From contig JBFMGU010000110.1 of assembly GCA_040752415.1 (NCBI GenBank), forward strand, positions 1-33,945: a stretch of 33,945 bases of DNA. The letters run 5' to 3'. Positions 12,301 to 20,220 of this stretch are shown here, in pieces. A program made the translations under genes and the position numbers. Numbering within the stretch: position 1 is the first letter of the stretch; each line of letters starts with the position of its first letter. Source of the DNA: Myxococcota bacterium (lineage in GTDB: Bacteria; Myxococcota; JACRCW01). The notes beneath the pieces are model-generated. The model did not search any database, was not told the origin of the DNA, and saw nothing but the letters and a program-made list of their open reading frames with translations.

Positions 12301-15300
12301 CGCGCGTTCTCGTCGGCGGGATCACGTTGCAGGTGCTGGGAGAGGAGCTCCAGGGCCTCGTCGGGCTGACGCAGGTCACGCGCGTAGACGCCGGCCAGGG
12401 CCACCACGTGCTCACGACGTTCCTCGGGCGACTGCGCGCTCTCCATGCGCCCCTTGAGCACACGCGCCACGCCGCGCGGGTCGGCGCCGGAGCGGTAGAC
12501 GGGCTCCAGGAGGCGGGCCGCGGCCTTGCGCACGTTGGCGTCGGGGGCGTTGTTGAGCAGCGTTTCCAGGACGGCGCGCGCGCGGGCATTGGTCAGCTCC
12601 GCGCCCAGCGACTGCTCCAGCGCTTCAATGGCACGCGCCGGCTGCTGCAGCGGACCGGCGAGCAGCTCGCCCAGGCGGGCACGGAACTCCGCGCGCGCGG
12701 GTCCCTGCGCCACGGTGGCGCGGTCATGGAGCACGCTGGCCAGGCTGGCGGCGTCCTGCAGCTGGGTGTACGCGGCATCCAGCGCATCCAGCGCGTGGTC
12801 ACGCAGTTTCTCGTCGACACTCGTGCGCAGCGGCTCATACGCGGCGGCGGCGCGTGCATGGTCCTTGAGCTCGTCCAGGCAGATGTCGCCCAGGGTGCGG
12901 AGGTGGTTGGCTTTCTGGTCTCCGTCGGTGAGGTCCGCGGCCACCTGCAGCGCGTCAGCGGCGGGGGCCCACTCACCGCGCTTCATGTGCAGCTTGCAGA
13001 GCGCCTCCCACGACGAGAGCAGCTTGGGATGGCCCGCCACCAGCGCCTTGTGCGCCGCCAGCGCCTCACCCTCATCACCCAGCTGCTCGGCCAGCACGAA
13101 AGCACGACGACTCAGCAGTGCCACGCGCGCCGGTCCCTCGGGCAGCAGCTGCGAGGCCTGCGCGAACACCTCGCACAGCTCGCCAAACGCCTTGGCCTGG
13201 TGGGCCAGCTTCTCGAGCTCACGGGCCAGCTCCGCGTCGGCGGGGGCATCCTGCAGCGCGGTGGCCAGCGTGCGGAACGCCTCCTTGGGACTGCGCAGCT
13301 CCTCGGCGAGGACGCGCGCGGTCTGACGCGCCAACGCCAGCCGCTCGGCGGGGTCGCGGGAACCCTGTCGACGGATGTCCAGCATCTCCGCGTGACGACG
13401 CCACGCACCCACGCGCGCGTAGTGCGGCTCCAACACGGTGGCGATGCGCACGGCGTTGACACCGCGGGCCAGCAGGCGCTCCAGCGCGGCCAGCACCTCG
13501 GGGCGGTCGGGCTCCTTCTCGTGCAGCGTCAGGTAGAGGTCCGCGGCCTCGTCGGGGCGGTCCAGGCGCTCTTCACACACGCGCGCCAGGCGCAGCTTCA
13601 GCGCGGGGGCCTCGGGGGAGTCGGGCTCACGCTGCAGACGGGCTCGGAGCACGCTGGCCAGGTCGGTCCAGCGCTCCTCGCGCTTGAGCAGCTCGTCGAG
13701 CGCGGCCAGCGCTTCCCGGTCGTCCTTGTCCAGCGCCAGGACCTCACGCCAGGCCTGCACGGCCTCCTGCGTCTCCTTGAGCTCCTCGGCAAACAGCCGC
13801 GCAATGCGCACCAGCAACGTGCGACGATCCGTGGGGGCCGCCGTGGCGGCAAGGCGCGCCCGCAACGCCACCACGAGCTCACGCGCGTCCGCACCCTTGG
13901 CGGAAAGGCCCTCCAGCACGTCGAGGGCGGCGCGGTTGGTGGGGTCGGAGGCCAGCACGGGGTCCAACGCTTCGCGTGCCCGCTTGTTGTCCCGACCCGC
14001 CGCGAACATGCGCGCGGCCTTCACCATCATGCTGTTCTGCTCGGCGCCGGGACCAAGGCGCGAAGCCGCGCGCATGAACGCCTCGCCCAGGTCGCCCACG
14101 CGGTTGATCTGCTCCGCCAGGCGCATGAGCTCCGCTTCACGTGCGGGTCGCGGGTCCAGCGCAAAGGCCTGCCGCAGGCTCTCGAAGGCGAGCTCCGGCA
14201 TCTTGAGGTCCGCGCTGTAGGTGCGCGCCAGCTGGTCCAGGCAGCGCAGCTTCTCCTGCTCCGACGACGTCAGCAGCCGCAGCGCTTCCAGCACACGCAC
14301 GTAGTCCTGGTGGCGGCCAGCGCGCGCGTACACGCGTTCCAGGTGCTCCAGGGCTTCCTTGTCGCGCGGGTCGTTCTCGAGGATGAGCTCGTAGCGGGCC
14401 ACGGCGCCGTTGAGGTCACCCAGCTCCACCTCGAGGAGGCGCGCCATGGTGAACAGCGCCCAGCGACGCTCCGCGCCGGTGCGCGTGGCGTTGGCGTATG
14501 CATCCAGCGCGGCCACCGCCGAGGAGTACTGCCGGTCCTCGAGGTAGATCTCCAGCAACGCGTTCAGCGCGCTCTTGTGCGAGGGGTCCAGCTTCAGCAC
14601 CGCCGCGTACGCCTCGCCCAGGGTGGGCTTGGGCGCCTGCATCTCGGCGAGGATCACCGCGCTCATCAGGTGGATCTCGATGGCCACCTGCGGGTCCTTG
14701 GCGTCCTGCGCCAGCTCCTTCAGTCGCGTCATCAGCTGCGGGACGCGGTTCTGCTCCTTGTAGAGCTGCTCCAGGAACTTCAACGCGGGACGGTGTCCCG
14801 GCGTCAGCAGCAGGCACTTGTCCAGGTATTCCAGCGCGCGGTCGGAGTCGTTGCCGTAGTCCCGGTAGATCTGGGCGATGGCGAGGTAACGGCTCGCCGC
14901 CACGCGCTTGTCACGCGCATCCAGCGCCTCATCACGCAGGTGGCGGATGTGCTCCTGCCAGTGCGTGGCGAACTCCTCCAGCGCCTTGGAGGCCGCCTTG
15001 GCGCGCGCGTGCTCCGGGACCAGCTTGAGCGCGCGGTTGATGGCGTCCAGGGCCACTTTGTGCTGCGCGGGACGGGGCACCAGCGCCTGCGCAAGGTCCA
15101 CGTACTCGTCGGCAATGCGCGGGAGCGCCTCGGCCGCGTCGGCGGCGTTGGCCATGGCTTCCGCTTCCAGGTCCAGCAGCTGCTTGGCCAGGTCCTCACG
15201 ACCCGTGCGCACGTGCACGCCGCGCGCGTAGCGCAACGCGCTGAGACGGTTGCGGTCCGCGCGGAAGGCCGCCTGCAGGCTCATCAGCGCCTTGTCCGGG

Positions 15301-15773
15301 AGTCCCAGCTTGCCGTCCTGAAGCCGGCCCAGCCGCTCCAACAGCACCGCCTTCCCGACGTTGTCGTGGCTGGCGGAAGCCATGCGCTCGAGGAGGACCG
15401 CCAGCTCCGCCAGGCGCCCGCCCTTCTCCAGCAGGAAGGAGAGGGCGCGCATGACGTCGAGGGAGGTGGGCTCCAGCGCCAGCGCCTTGAGCAGCGCGCT
15501 CTCCGCGCGGTCGGGCCTGGAGAGGCGCTCATCCCAGACCTGCGCGGCGTACAGCCAGAGGTTCACCGCGCCGGCGGCGGCGCCACGCACGGTGGCGGCT
15601 TCCTCCAGCTGCTTGACCAACCCTTCCAGCGTCTGCCCCGACGTGGCCGCGGCCAACGCCGCCTGGAACGTCGAGGAGTTCTGCGGGTCGCGCAGGAGGG
15701 CGGCTGTCAGCTCCGCCGTGTTGCTGGCATCAACGGACTGCGTGGTCGAGGGGAGAACCGCGGTATCTGACAT
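3348..15773 (-). CDS. Giant tetratricopeptide-repeat protein (~4140 aa), AgmK/GltI-like myxobacterial family
   Basis: Continuous TPR-like helical repeats (A...Y..AL..DP....AL..LE.LY pattern) and a C-terminal non-TPR domain ending RASLVACND...LVLFLVSEQYAELRTRLG, recalled as typical of myxobacterial giant TPR proteins. No signal peptide seen. ATG at 15773 (MSDTAVL). Confidence 0.85.
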   Translation of the reverse strand: MSDTAVLPSTTQSVDASNTAELTAALLRDPQNSSTFQAALAAATSGQTLEGLVKQLEEAATVRGAAAGAVNLWLYAAQVWDERLSRPDRAESALLKALALEPTSLDVMRALSFLLEKGGRLAELAVLLERMASASHDNVGKAVLLERLGRLQDGKLGLPDKALMSLQAAFRADRNRLSALRYARGVHVRTGREDLAKQLLDLEAEAMANAADAAEALPRIADEYVDLAQALVPRPAQHKVALDAINRALKLVPEHARAKAASKALEEFATHWQEHIRHLRDEALDARDKRVAASRYLAIAQIYRDYGNDSDRALEYLDKCLLLTPGHRPALKFLEQLYKEQNRVPQLMTRLKELAQDAKDPQVAIEIHLMSAVILAEMQAPKPTLGEAYAAVLKLDPSHKSALNALLEIYLEDRQYSSAVAALDAYANATRTGAERRWALFTMARLLEVELGDLNGAVARYELILENDPRDKEALEHLERVYARAGRHQDYVRVLEALRLLTSSEQEKLRCLDQLARTYSADLKMPELAFESLRQAFALDPRPAREAELMRLAEQINRVGDLGEAFMRAASRLGPGAEQNSMMVKAARMFAAGRDNKRAREALDPVLASDPTNRAALDVLEGLSAKGADARELVVALRARLAATAAPTDRRTLLVRIARLFAEELKETQEAVQAWREVLALDKDDREALAALDELLKREERWTDLASVLRARLQREPDSPEAPALKLRLARVCEERLDRPDEAADLYLTLHEKEPDRPEVLAALERLLARGVNAVRIATVLEPHYARVGAWRRHAEMLDIRRQGSRDPAERLALARQTARVLAEELRSPKEAFRTLATALQDAPADAELARELEKLAHQAKAFGELCEVFAQASQLLPEGPARVALLSRRAFVLAEQLGDEGEALAAHKALVAGHPKLLSSWEALCKLHMKRGEWAPAADALQVAADLTDGDQKANHLRTLGDICLDELKDHARAAAAYEPLRTSVDEKLRDHALDALDAAYTQLQDAASLASVLHDRATVAQGPARAEFRARLGELLAGPLQQPARAIEALEQSLGAELTNARARAVLETLLNNAPDANVRKAAARLLEPVYRSGADPRGVARVLKGRMESAQSPEERREHVVALAGVYARDLRQPDEALELLSQHLQRDPADENARRELEAVARLAAKPERIVDAYRAVVLAHPGAVAIEYGRKLGALCERGGDREGALAAYQAVLASAPHDAEALQAVVRLRRLGQDPRALAEALELLAESQQGEARAASLREAANLWSRVNDVARALDALARAREANIEDITALRMTAELLELADEAGPLASALEELARRVQEPERGQLLVKLGRLRRERLEDPLGAITALSQVLEGKPTDMALAEAVAILEGMARAPGNDAPTAVTTLANHYKQSRAPAPLAALLEHRAGMTPTGAERARLLDEVSRIYEEELAQKEQAFMASCRALREEPTEERRTRAERLAGLTRAYDAYAGVLEDVAEGLVARDPMAAAQRWREIARVAVEKLQDRALAIRSHNEILKLVPGDPSSLAALESFHREGAETDALVEVLKAKAGAATTPQERREALLQAARLLQDDRGDLPGAEGIYRQLLAEFPQDDDVLELLDALYVRAGNTAALAAVLPMRIQKEQRPKQRAFLGARLGRLLMEQPGGAVAAFQVLTKAAEDDTTSADVTNALTLLLDAARQTNTPPARDVARVMERCLRARNDVANLPAVLDAQLVGEPDANRRAQVLFELARVQEELARQPTLAFMSICRAVREAPGDDAIRERAERLAQATDSLEELAAVYEDVLTQARDGRLQALLSRRVAAISETRLRDPEAAIRHLRNALVANPDDVQTLEHMARLLRERGPSPDLLEVLKKLSRHSAAADDLVRTKAIFHEVAQVAEQMGDVSGAISALNDVLLLDAADRNALRGLDRLLTRAERYHDLAGVLQAQIALAQSPGEASDLRIRLAGLKMTALGDSIGAAEVLAQAAADAPGNPRVLPALESVYSDLSLRTGPDAAAARTAVAALLEPRYEALGDAHKLVSVLESRLESTDDKRERKALHRRIAGLREGPLRSPELAFAALGRALKETADDDSLRADVERLAQVTGDIDMLVGLYLDVLEEERTGPLALVYRRRVATLLETGLQDPARAVEHYRLALDHLGPAEGDTQDARDVRMDLMACLERLHRSLGQSAALADVLRRRAALEQDARVVRQLLMEVSRLQSDQQDVGSAIGTLRRLMELNPNDLEVLRQLQTACERQERWQDLVELLMREAELCAASMPDRELDARYRAASILDTELDRANDALSVLSQILVRRPEHQVTRAYLEDRLRSRPSHREATAEVLKRAYLGTEDWKRAIDVLEQLVSDAEVAGNRERERSLLMEIAQLYLERLSLTGPAFGALCRALKVDRTDKSLQEYLLEVARAQGTVEELAEIYEDEASSAELEGRTPVAAELREAAAKLHETDLAAPDRAIELYELVLQKNPGRLVPLEALQRLYERAERWSDVEVTVRKRLAVADGPEERAPLLHVLGATLGLHLGAVEEGIESLEEAFALDNTRADTRACLITLYEQVKQWDKMFALLQQELQYRLFVDDKVTALEVRRRLVKLLTGTMNRPQEALDHVKVLRAAFPADKTIFQDLETLLSQLGMWHELRALYDEELARDTDPARTADLSSRLARVLSDHLSDDTAAIQKYTRILELNPRDMGALDALRKIYKKSQKWEDLVGILRRMRRLQTDSAGIKAVQFDLAEVLGAQGKRADAIEAGRRVLDIEPHSDEDLIRLYEIFHANEAFEECAGVLERRVGIAATPEMRVDLLFQLAELWEGPLGRRERASSAYERILQAYPAHLRAYEALAAVYEHAEEWRKLVTLKEARMGHADSADEKIRLLREIGALYEQKLNEKALAFLAACRAFRENPMDRELGVMVERLAVDTDSAEELVGVLEDTVSRVDDTPRAIELYLKMAEFCAEHLSQPQEAENHLNLIFDLDAQNQGALNALEKLYQGQDRWADVVRVLERKLALAEDEDGRRSILLKMAGVQEERLFNPADAINTYKRLLEIDGRDSRAIQALTRLYQQTGRWQALIGILARAMELSFDVGERVALRYRIGGIQEAELQDPEAAIITYKAVLEEDPSHNLSLKALERLYTQLEHYPELLQVYETQIQLSADPDEQIRLLSKVATIHEEHFVNLQAAIQQTERILHVDARNLVAIKNLERLFKETGEHARLISALQRHAELVSDPDERLNLFLQMGELYWKELNRTDKAEEVYLQALSFDAHSIKAIHALGQLYERSGNWFNALEKLSQEAELLKGGPDAVELHYRMGTINADMLMDTPAARTCYENALKLDPGHLPSLQALKAIHYANKEYDLYLRRLVEEAEFTNDNDQKTELFTAAGLFVQDRAGDLDGAVRYYERALAITPDHLGAAKPLADIEFRKERFEKAEDLLEIVVRKLDPAKDAKELCKQFYRLGYITEKLGKDQKALKNYQRAYEIDSTYLPALEGLGAALMRTERWDDAQKIYQTILIHHRESLTDAEVVDYYFKLGDISDRVGQAERAVRNLEKALELDANHIPSLQLLAAVQEKAGKNEEAYEALHRLAPLLSGDDKVALLIQTGTLSQHKLNDPYRSIDAFEEANRLRRDDKEILTALLALYRETKQGPKAVEALEDLVRIEPDETTRVRLNHQLGEVYRDEIRNDARAVQYFNAALDLDASFVKSFEAVERLLTERKMWRALEENYRAMIARTPKDQVRIRAVLWKNLAELYHKVLKEPDNAINAYKVLSALEPENIERVETMADLMARRPGREDEAIQAYNEVLPKAASPANALHALARLYLARRLPDRTWCTVQALRILKEVTEEEANIHNLYTPQLPQRHGRAMTEKLWEALLVHERALGPVAHVSGLLWRAAAPLLVKDVKEHGLAKKKEFAKVDVEHELTFTIKQLAGVQAVFGNAPFDMWALKGGDALPTLLPAFPTTMVVGNQSLLFKEHPPKVLWAMWGRFLSFMRPQFMLPRVLGPDRFRLALEAALFIMDTSARYANDPKELEKLARALIRVEGLEAGLKQVKGQFNRKEAPNVDMFYEGMEHTAVRASLVACNDVDITLQVMKVPDPQSPPQPKNRVRELVLFLVSEQYAELRTRLGLALKS

Positions 15774-15991
15774 GGGCCGCCTGTCCAGAACGGGAATGCG
15801 CCCGTCTTCACCGGCCAACGGGCGTTCAAGCGGCGGAACATAACCGCGTTCCGGAAGAAAATCGCCATTCCAGACAGCGGGTTGTCGACGTTTTCCTGCG
15901 TCCGACAGGCCTGCGTGGCACCCTCATCGGACAAAGCGCGGATGGGGCACGGACACGCAGGTTTTCGACGAGGTGGGAGGACAGCTTGAGC

Positions 15992-16027
15992 GACGGCGGG
16001 ACGCGAGGAGGGGGCGTTCCCGCCGTC
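15992..16027 (-). terminator. GC-rich hairpin just downstream of the PPIase gene, possible terminator or mRNA-stabilising stem
   Basis: GACGGCGGGA-CGC pairs with GCG-T-TCCCGCCGTC, starting 12 nt after the stop codon; no U-tract. Confidence 0.45.
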
Positions 16028-16039
16028 ACGGATTGCGTG

Positions 16040-17290
16040 TCAGTGCGGCGGCTGCGCGCCCTGGGCCGGGGCCGGCTGGACGGGAGCGGGAGCGCCAGGA
16101 GCGGGCTGGCCAGGCTGGCCCTGCGGCACCGGCGTCAGCTTGATGGGCTGACCGGGCGCGGTACCCACGGCGGGAGCGCCCGGGCCACCCGGCTGCATGT
16201 GGATGGGCGGAGCGCCCGGCGGCGGCGCCATGGGCTTGGCCTCCAGGCTCACGCCCGGCTCCAGCACCTCCACCTTGGCGTCCTTCTTCAGGTTCGCCAG
16301 CACGTCGCGGGTCTTCTCGCTCTTCTGGCGCGCCTTGATGGCCGTCTTGATGGCCGCGGCAACCTCCTCCAGCGGCTTCTGACGCTCCGGCTTCTTCTCC
16401 ATGATCTTCAGCACGTGGAAGCCGAACTGCGTCTCGATGGGGCCCACCACGTCGCCAGCCTTGTTCTTGGCGTCGAACAGCGCGTCCTCGATGGGCTTCA
16501 CCTGACGGCCGCGCGTGACCCAGCCAAGGTCGCCGCCGTTGGGGCTGGGCGCCGCGTCGGTGTACTTGGCGATCTGCGTCTTGAAGTCCACGCCCTTCTT
16601 CTTCAGCTCGGCCGCGGCCTGCTTGGCGCGGGTCTCCACCTTCTTGCGAGCGTCGGCGGGGTCGTTCTTGTCGCTCTTCCACATGACCTGCAGCGCGTGG
16701 ACCTGCTCACGGTCCTTGTAACGCTCCAGGTTCTTCTCGTAGTACTCCTTCACCTCGGCGTCGGTGGGCTCCGCCACGGCGGCCAGCTTGTTGAACAGGC
16801 GGTCGCGCAGCTCCGTGCGACGCAGCTCATCCCGCAGGTCCGCTTCCGTCTGACCCGTGCGCTCCAGGAAGTTGGTGAACGCTTCCGGGGAGCCGAACCG
16901 GGCCTTGTGCTCGGCCAGCTTGGCGTCGACTTCCTGGTCAGTGAGGGAGATGCCCTCCGCCTTGGCCTTCTGCGCAATCAGCTCGTCGTCGACCAGCTTG
17001 CGGATGATGTTCTCCTTGAGGCGCACCTCCAGGGCGGGCGGGACCTCACGCTTGGCCTGCTGGAAGCGCTGGCGGGTGCGGTCCATCTGGCGCTGGAAGG
17101 TGTCACGGCCAATGTCCGTGCCGTTGACGCGCGCCACCGGGCCCGTGCCACCGGCGGCGGGCGTCGTCGTGGTGGTGCCCTGGCCGCCTTGCTGCTGGGC
17201 GTTGTTGTCCTTGGAGGGGCAGGCGGTGCCGAAGAGCAGTGCGCTGAGCACCAGGGCACCAGGGGCCCGTGGGAAGCGGAGACGCGTCAT
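16040..17290 (-). CDS. Lipoprotein foldase, SurA-N plus PpiC/parvulin peptidyl-prolyl isomerase (PrsA-like)
   Basis: Signal peptide with lipobox-like LFGTAC; VARVNGTDI N-domain; NGGDLGWV...GPIETQFGFHVLK parvulin motifs; Pro/Gln-rich tail; GAGG upstream of ATG 17290. Confidence 0.9.
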   Translation of the reverse strand: MTRLRFPRAPGALVLSALLFGTACPSKDNNAQQQGGQGTTTTTPAAGGTGPVARVNGTDIGRDTFQRQMDRTRQRFQQAKREVPPALEVRLKENIIRKLVDDELIAQKAKAEGISLTDQEVDAKLAEHKARFGSPEAFTNFLERTGQTEADLRDELRRTELRDRLFNKLAAVAEPTDAEVKEYYEKNLERYKDREQVHALQVMWKSDKNDPADARKKVETRAKQAAAELKKKGVDFKTQIAKYTDAAPSPNGGDLGWVTRGRQVKPIEDALFDAKNKAGDVVGPIETQFGFHVLKIMEKKPERQKPLEEVAAAIKTAIKARQKSEKTRDVLANLKKDAKVEVLEPGVSLEAKPMAPPPGAPPIHMQPGGPGAPAVGTAPGQPIKLTPVPQGQPGQPAPGAPAPVQPAPAQGAQPPH

Positions 17291-17349
17291 GGGTTGACCT
17301 CTGGAATGTGATGGCAAATTGGATTTGCTCGGTAACAAAATGGTGGGCC

Positions 17350-17378
17350 GAGCTAACAGCGAAGAGCCATCCGGTCAA
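17350..17378 (-). promoter_or_regulatory. Candidate sigma-70-type promoter for the PPIase gene
   Basis: Minus strand TTGACC-N17-TAGCTC with TG just before the -10 box, in a locally AT-richer stretch. Confidence 0.35.
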
Positions 17379-17739
17379 GGCTGCCAACCCCGCCGCGCAC
17401 CTGGCGCGACGGGGCTGGCACCAGAGGACAACCCCCGCGGCCCCAAAACTGGGCGGAGCGACGCGGAGTAACGGGGCCAACGCTCACGCCTGGGCGGTTA
17501 TTCCCCGTGGCATGACGTGGGCCGTGAGGCCTGCGGCGGTGGTCGCGGGCGCCCGGCAACCGTGATCTTCAGCGGATCGCGGCGGTGATCGCCCGGACCT
17601 GGGCGGCGCGGACGGCGGGGGCCGCGGTGATCTCGTACTCCGTCGACGAGTCCATGCGCCCGCGGAATCGATCGACGGAGAACACGGTGAAGCCGGAGGC
17701 GCCGGGTGCTGCGCAGGTGGCGTGCTCATGGCCGCGCCG

Positions 17740-18774
17740 TCACACGAAGTGCTGGAAGCCCCGCAGGATCTCCGCGCCCGGCGGCGGGACGCCCTGGTCC
17801 AGCATGCGCACGCCGGCGGCATCCAGTTGCAGACCGCCCACCACCAGCCGCATTTCCGACGTCACCGTGCCAATCCTCCGCACCTCGCTGCCGCCCGCCC
17901 TGACCACCGCGGCGTGATCCGCGCTGGTGAACAACAGCTCCAGCTCCTCGCCACCGGAGAGGGACAGCGCGCGGGGGTCGCGCGAGGAGGAGAGCGCGGT
18001 CACGCCGGGATGGATGGGCAGGGCGCCTTCGTCCAGCTCCGCGCCCACGTTGCTGGCGACGAGCAGGTGACACAGGTCCTGCGCCAGTCCGTCGGTGACG
18101 TCGAGACACGCGCTGGCCACGCCGCGCAGGGCCCGCCCCAGCGCGCACCGGGGCTTGGGCATGAGCTGGGCGCGGATGGCGTCGCGCAGGGCGGGGTCGG
18201 CGTACTCCTGGAGGAGCGCGGTGACGTCGTGGGGGCGCGAGGTCTGCGGACGGGCCAGCAGTGCCGCCAGGCCCGCGGCGGGGCCGCCCAGGGGACCACT
18301 GAGGTAGATCCCGTCGCCAGCACGCGCTCCGGCGCGGGTGAGCGCCATGCCCGGGGGAACCTGGCCCACGGCGGTGATCGTGATCGTGACCGGTCCGTCG
18401 GTGCGCGAGAGGTCGCCGCCCAGGCAGGTGACGTGCTCCTGGTCCGCCAGCGCGGCCATCCCGCCGGCAAGATCGCGCAGATCCTCGTCGGAGAACGTGC
18501 GGGGCAGGCAGAGCACCAGCAGGTAGCCCACGGGGTCGGCGCCCATGGCGGCCAGGTCGCTGAGGTTGGCGGCCAGGGCCTTGTGACCCACCGCGTGCCA
18601 CGGCGCCCACGACGCAAAGTCCACACCCTCCACCAGCGCGTCGGTGGTCAGCACCACGCGACCTTCCACGCCCAGCACCACCGCGTCGTCGCCGTTGCCC
18701 ACCTCCAGGAGGGGGAGGGTGCGGGTGCTGAGGAGGGATTGCAGGAGGCGGATGCGCTGGAACTCGCCGCTCAT
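17740..18774 (-). CDS. thiL: Thiamine-monophosphate kinase
   Basis: MSGEF..I, GDDAVV, TDALVEGVDF, NLSDLAAMGA, GGDL, DVTDGL, GGEELEL and terminal GFQHF motifs. Confidence 0.95.
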   Translation of the reverse strand: MSGEFQRIRLLQSLLSTRTLPLLEVGNGDDAVVLGVEGRVVLTTDALVEGVDFASWAPWHAVGHKALAANLSDLAAMGADPVGYLLVLCLPRTFSDEDLRDLAGGMAALADQEHVTCLGGDLSRTDGPVTITITAVGQVPPGMALTRAGARAGDGIYLSGPLGGPAAGLAALLARPQTSRPHDVTALLQEYADPALRDAIRAQLMPKPRCALGRALRGVASACLDVTDGLAQDLCHLLVASNVGAELDEGALPIHPGVTALSSSRDPRALSLSGGEELELLFTSADHAAVVRAGGSEVRRIGTVTSEMRLVVGGLQLDAAGVRMLDQGVPPPGAEILRGFQHFV

Positions 18775-18780
18775 GGCGCG

Positions 18781-20205
18781 TCAGGGACGTTCCACCGGGA
18801 GCAGGACCACGAAGGTGGCGCCCTTGCCCAGCGTGCTCTCCACCCAGACGTCGCCCTTGTGCGCGTCGACGAAGCTCTTGACGATGGAAAGGCCCAGACC
18901 GGTCCCGCCGTGCTCCCGCGTGGAGCTGGAGTCCACCTGGTAGAAGCTCTCGAACACCTTGGTCAGCTTGTCGGCGGGGATGCCAATGCCGGTGTCCTCC
19001 ACCTCCACACGGACAAAGCTCTCCTCGGCAATGGCAAACAGCTCCGCGCCGCCGGTGGCGTCCTGCGTCTTGAGCGGGCTCTTCCGACGACCGAAGAAGT
19101 TCTTCACCCGCAGCGTGATGGTCCCGCCCTCCGGCGTGAACTTCACGGAGTTGCCCAGCAGGTTGATGAGGATCTGCCGGATCTTGTCGCCGTCCCCGAC
19201 GATGCGCGGCAGGCCCGGATCCAGGTCCAGCTTCAGGGTGAGCTTCTTCTTCTGCGCCTGCGGCACCACGGAGGTGTGCGCGGCCTTGATCACCTCGTAC
19301 AGGTCCACGTCGACGAGGTTCAGCTTGAGGTTGCCGCTCTCGATCCGGCTGAGATCCAGGATGGAGGTGATGAGCTTCAAGAGGCTCTCACCCTTCTCCA
19401 TGATGGTGGTGACGTATTCCTTCTGCTCCGAGGTCATCTCCCCGGCCATGCCCTCCAGCAGCATCTCCGAGTAGCCAATGACGCTGGTCAGCGGCGTGCG
19501 CAGCTCATGGCTGACGGTGGCCAGGAAGCTGCTCTTGAGCTTGTCCATCTCCTTGAGGCGCTCATTGGCCTCTTCCACGCGCCGGTTCTTCTCGACGAGA
19601 TCCTGGTACGCGGTGGTGACGGACTCGATGTGCATCTGCGAGACCATCATGGCGCGGTAGGAGGTGAAGAGGATGACGTCCACCACCTTGCGCATCTGCT
19701 CCACGACCTTCTGGATGACGTCGTCAGGCGCCTTGCGCACGGGGGCCATGAGCTGCTCCAGGCGCGCGGCCTCCAGCTTGGGTTCCAGCTGGCGCAGCAG
19801 GGGGCTGGGCTCCGGGTTGGCCTGCGGGACAAAGGGGCCGAAGATCACGCGGCCCATGAACTCGCCCTCGTGCACCAGCGGCAGCACCACGTAGCGCAGC
19901 CCCGAGAAGCAGTTCACCGTGCAGGGCATCTCCGGCCCTTCCTGTTCACTCCACCAGTCCTTGCTCTTGAGCTGCTGGACCAGCGCGGTGCAGCGCTGCT
20001 GCGTGGGGCCGAACTGGAACAGGTAGCCGCAGAAGTCCGCGTTCCCCACGCGCACGTCCACCAGCTTGGTTCCCTGGCCGTCAAAGACCTTCACGCCCAC
20101 GCGGTAGAGCTCGGCAAAGCTCTGGAAGACCTCCTTGAAGGACTCGGTGTCGACGAGCTCCGACAGACTGAACCGCTTCTGGAGGACGGACTCCTGGGTC
20201 ACCAT
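18781..20205 (-). CDS. Cytoplasmic sensor histidine kinase with N-terminal PocR-like domain
   Basis: N-terminal Cys pattern (FCGYL...RC...NCFSGL) typical of PocR domains; SHELRTPL H-box, NLLGNSVKFT, DTGIGI, FYQVD, GGTGLGLSI; no transmembrane segment. Confidence 0.9.
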   Translation of the reverse strand: MVTQESVLQKRFSLSELVDTESFKEVFQSFAELYRVGVKVFDGQGTKLVDVRVGNADFCGYLFQFGPTQQRCTALVQQLKSKDWWSEQEGPEMPCTVNCFSGLRYVVLPLVHEGEFMGRVIFGPFVPQANPEPSPLLRQLEPKLEAARLEQLMAPVRKAPDDVIQKVVEQMRKVVDVILFTSYRAMMVSQMHIESVTTAYQDLVEKNRRVEEANERLKEMDKLKSSFLATVSHELRTPLTSVIGYSEMLLEGMAGEMTSEQKEYVTTIMEKGESLLKLITSILDLSRIESGNLKLNLVDVDLYEVIKAAHTSVVPQAQKKKLTLKLDLDPGLPRIVGDGDKIRQILINLLGNSVKFTPEGGTITLRVKNFFGRRKSPLKTQDATGGAELFAIAEESFVRVEVEDTGIGIPADKLTKVFESFYQVDSSSTREHGGTGLGLSIVKSFVDAHKGDVWVESTLGKGATFVVLLPVERP

Positions 20206-20220
20206 GGCTTTTCCCTGCCC

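Noticed and set aside
9237..15770. 2177-aa plus-strand ORF, and similar long ORFs at 3222-5066, 5073-7766, 15986-17311, 17722-20928 and 27281-30019
   Set aside because: Antisense shadows of well-supported minus-strand genes, expected at this GC3 bias; no recognisable motifs.
15835..15852. GGAAC-N8-GTTCC palindrome upstream of the TPR gene as a LexA box
   Set aside because: The spacing does not match LexA boxes I know, and it is a single short instance.
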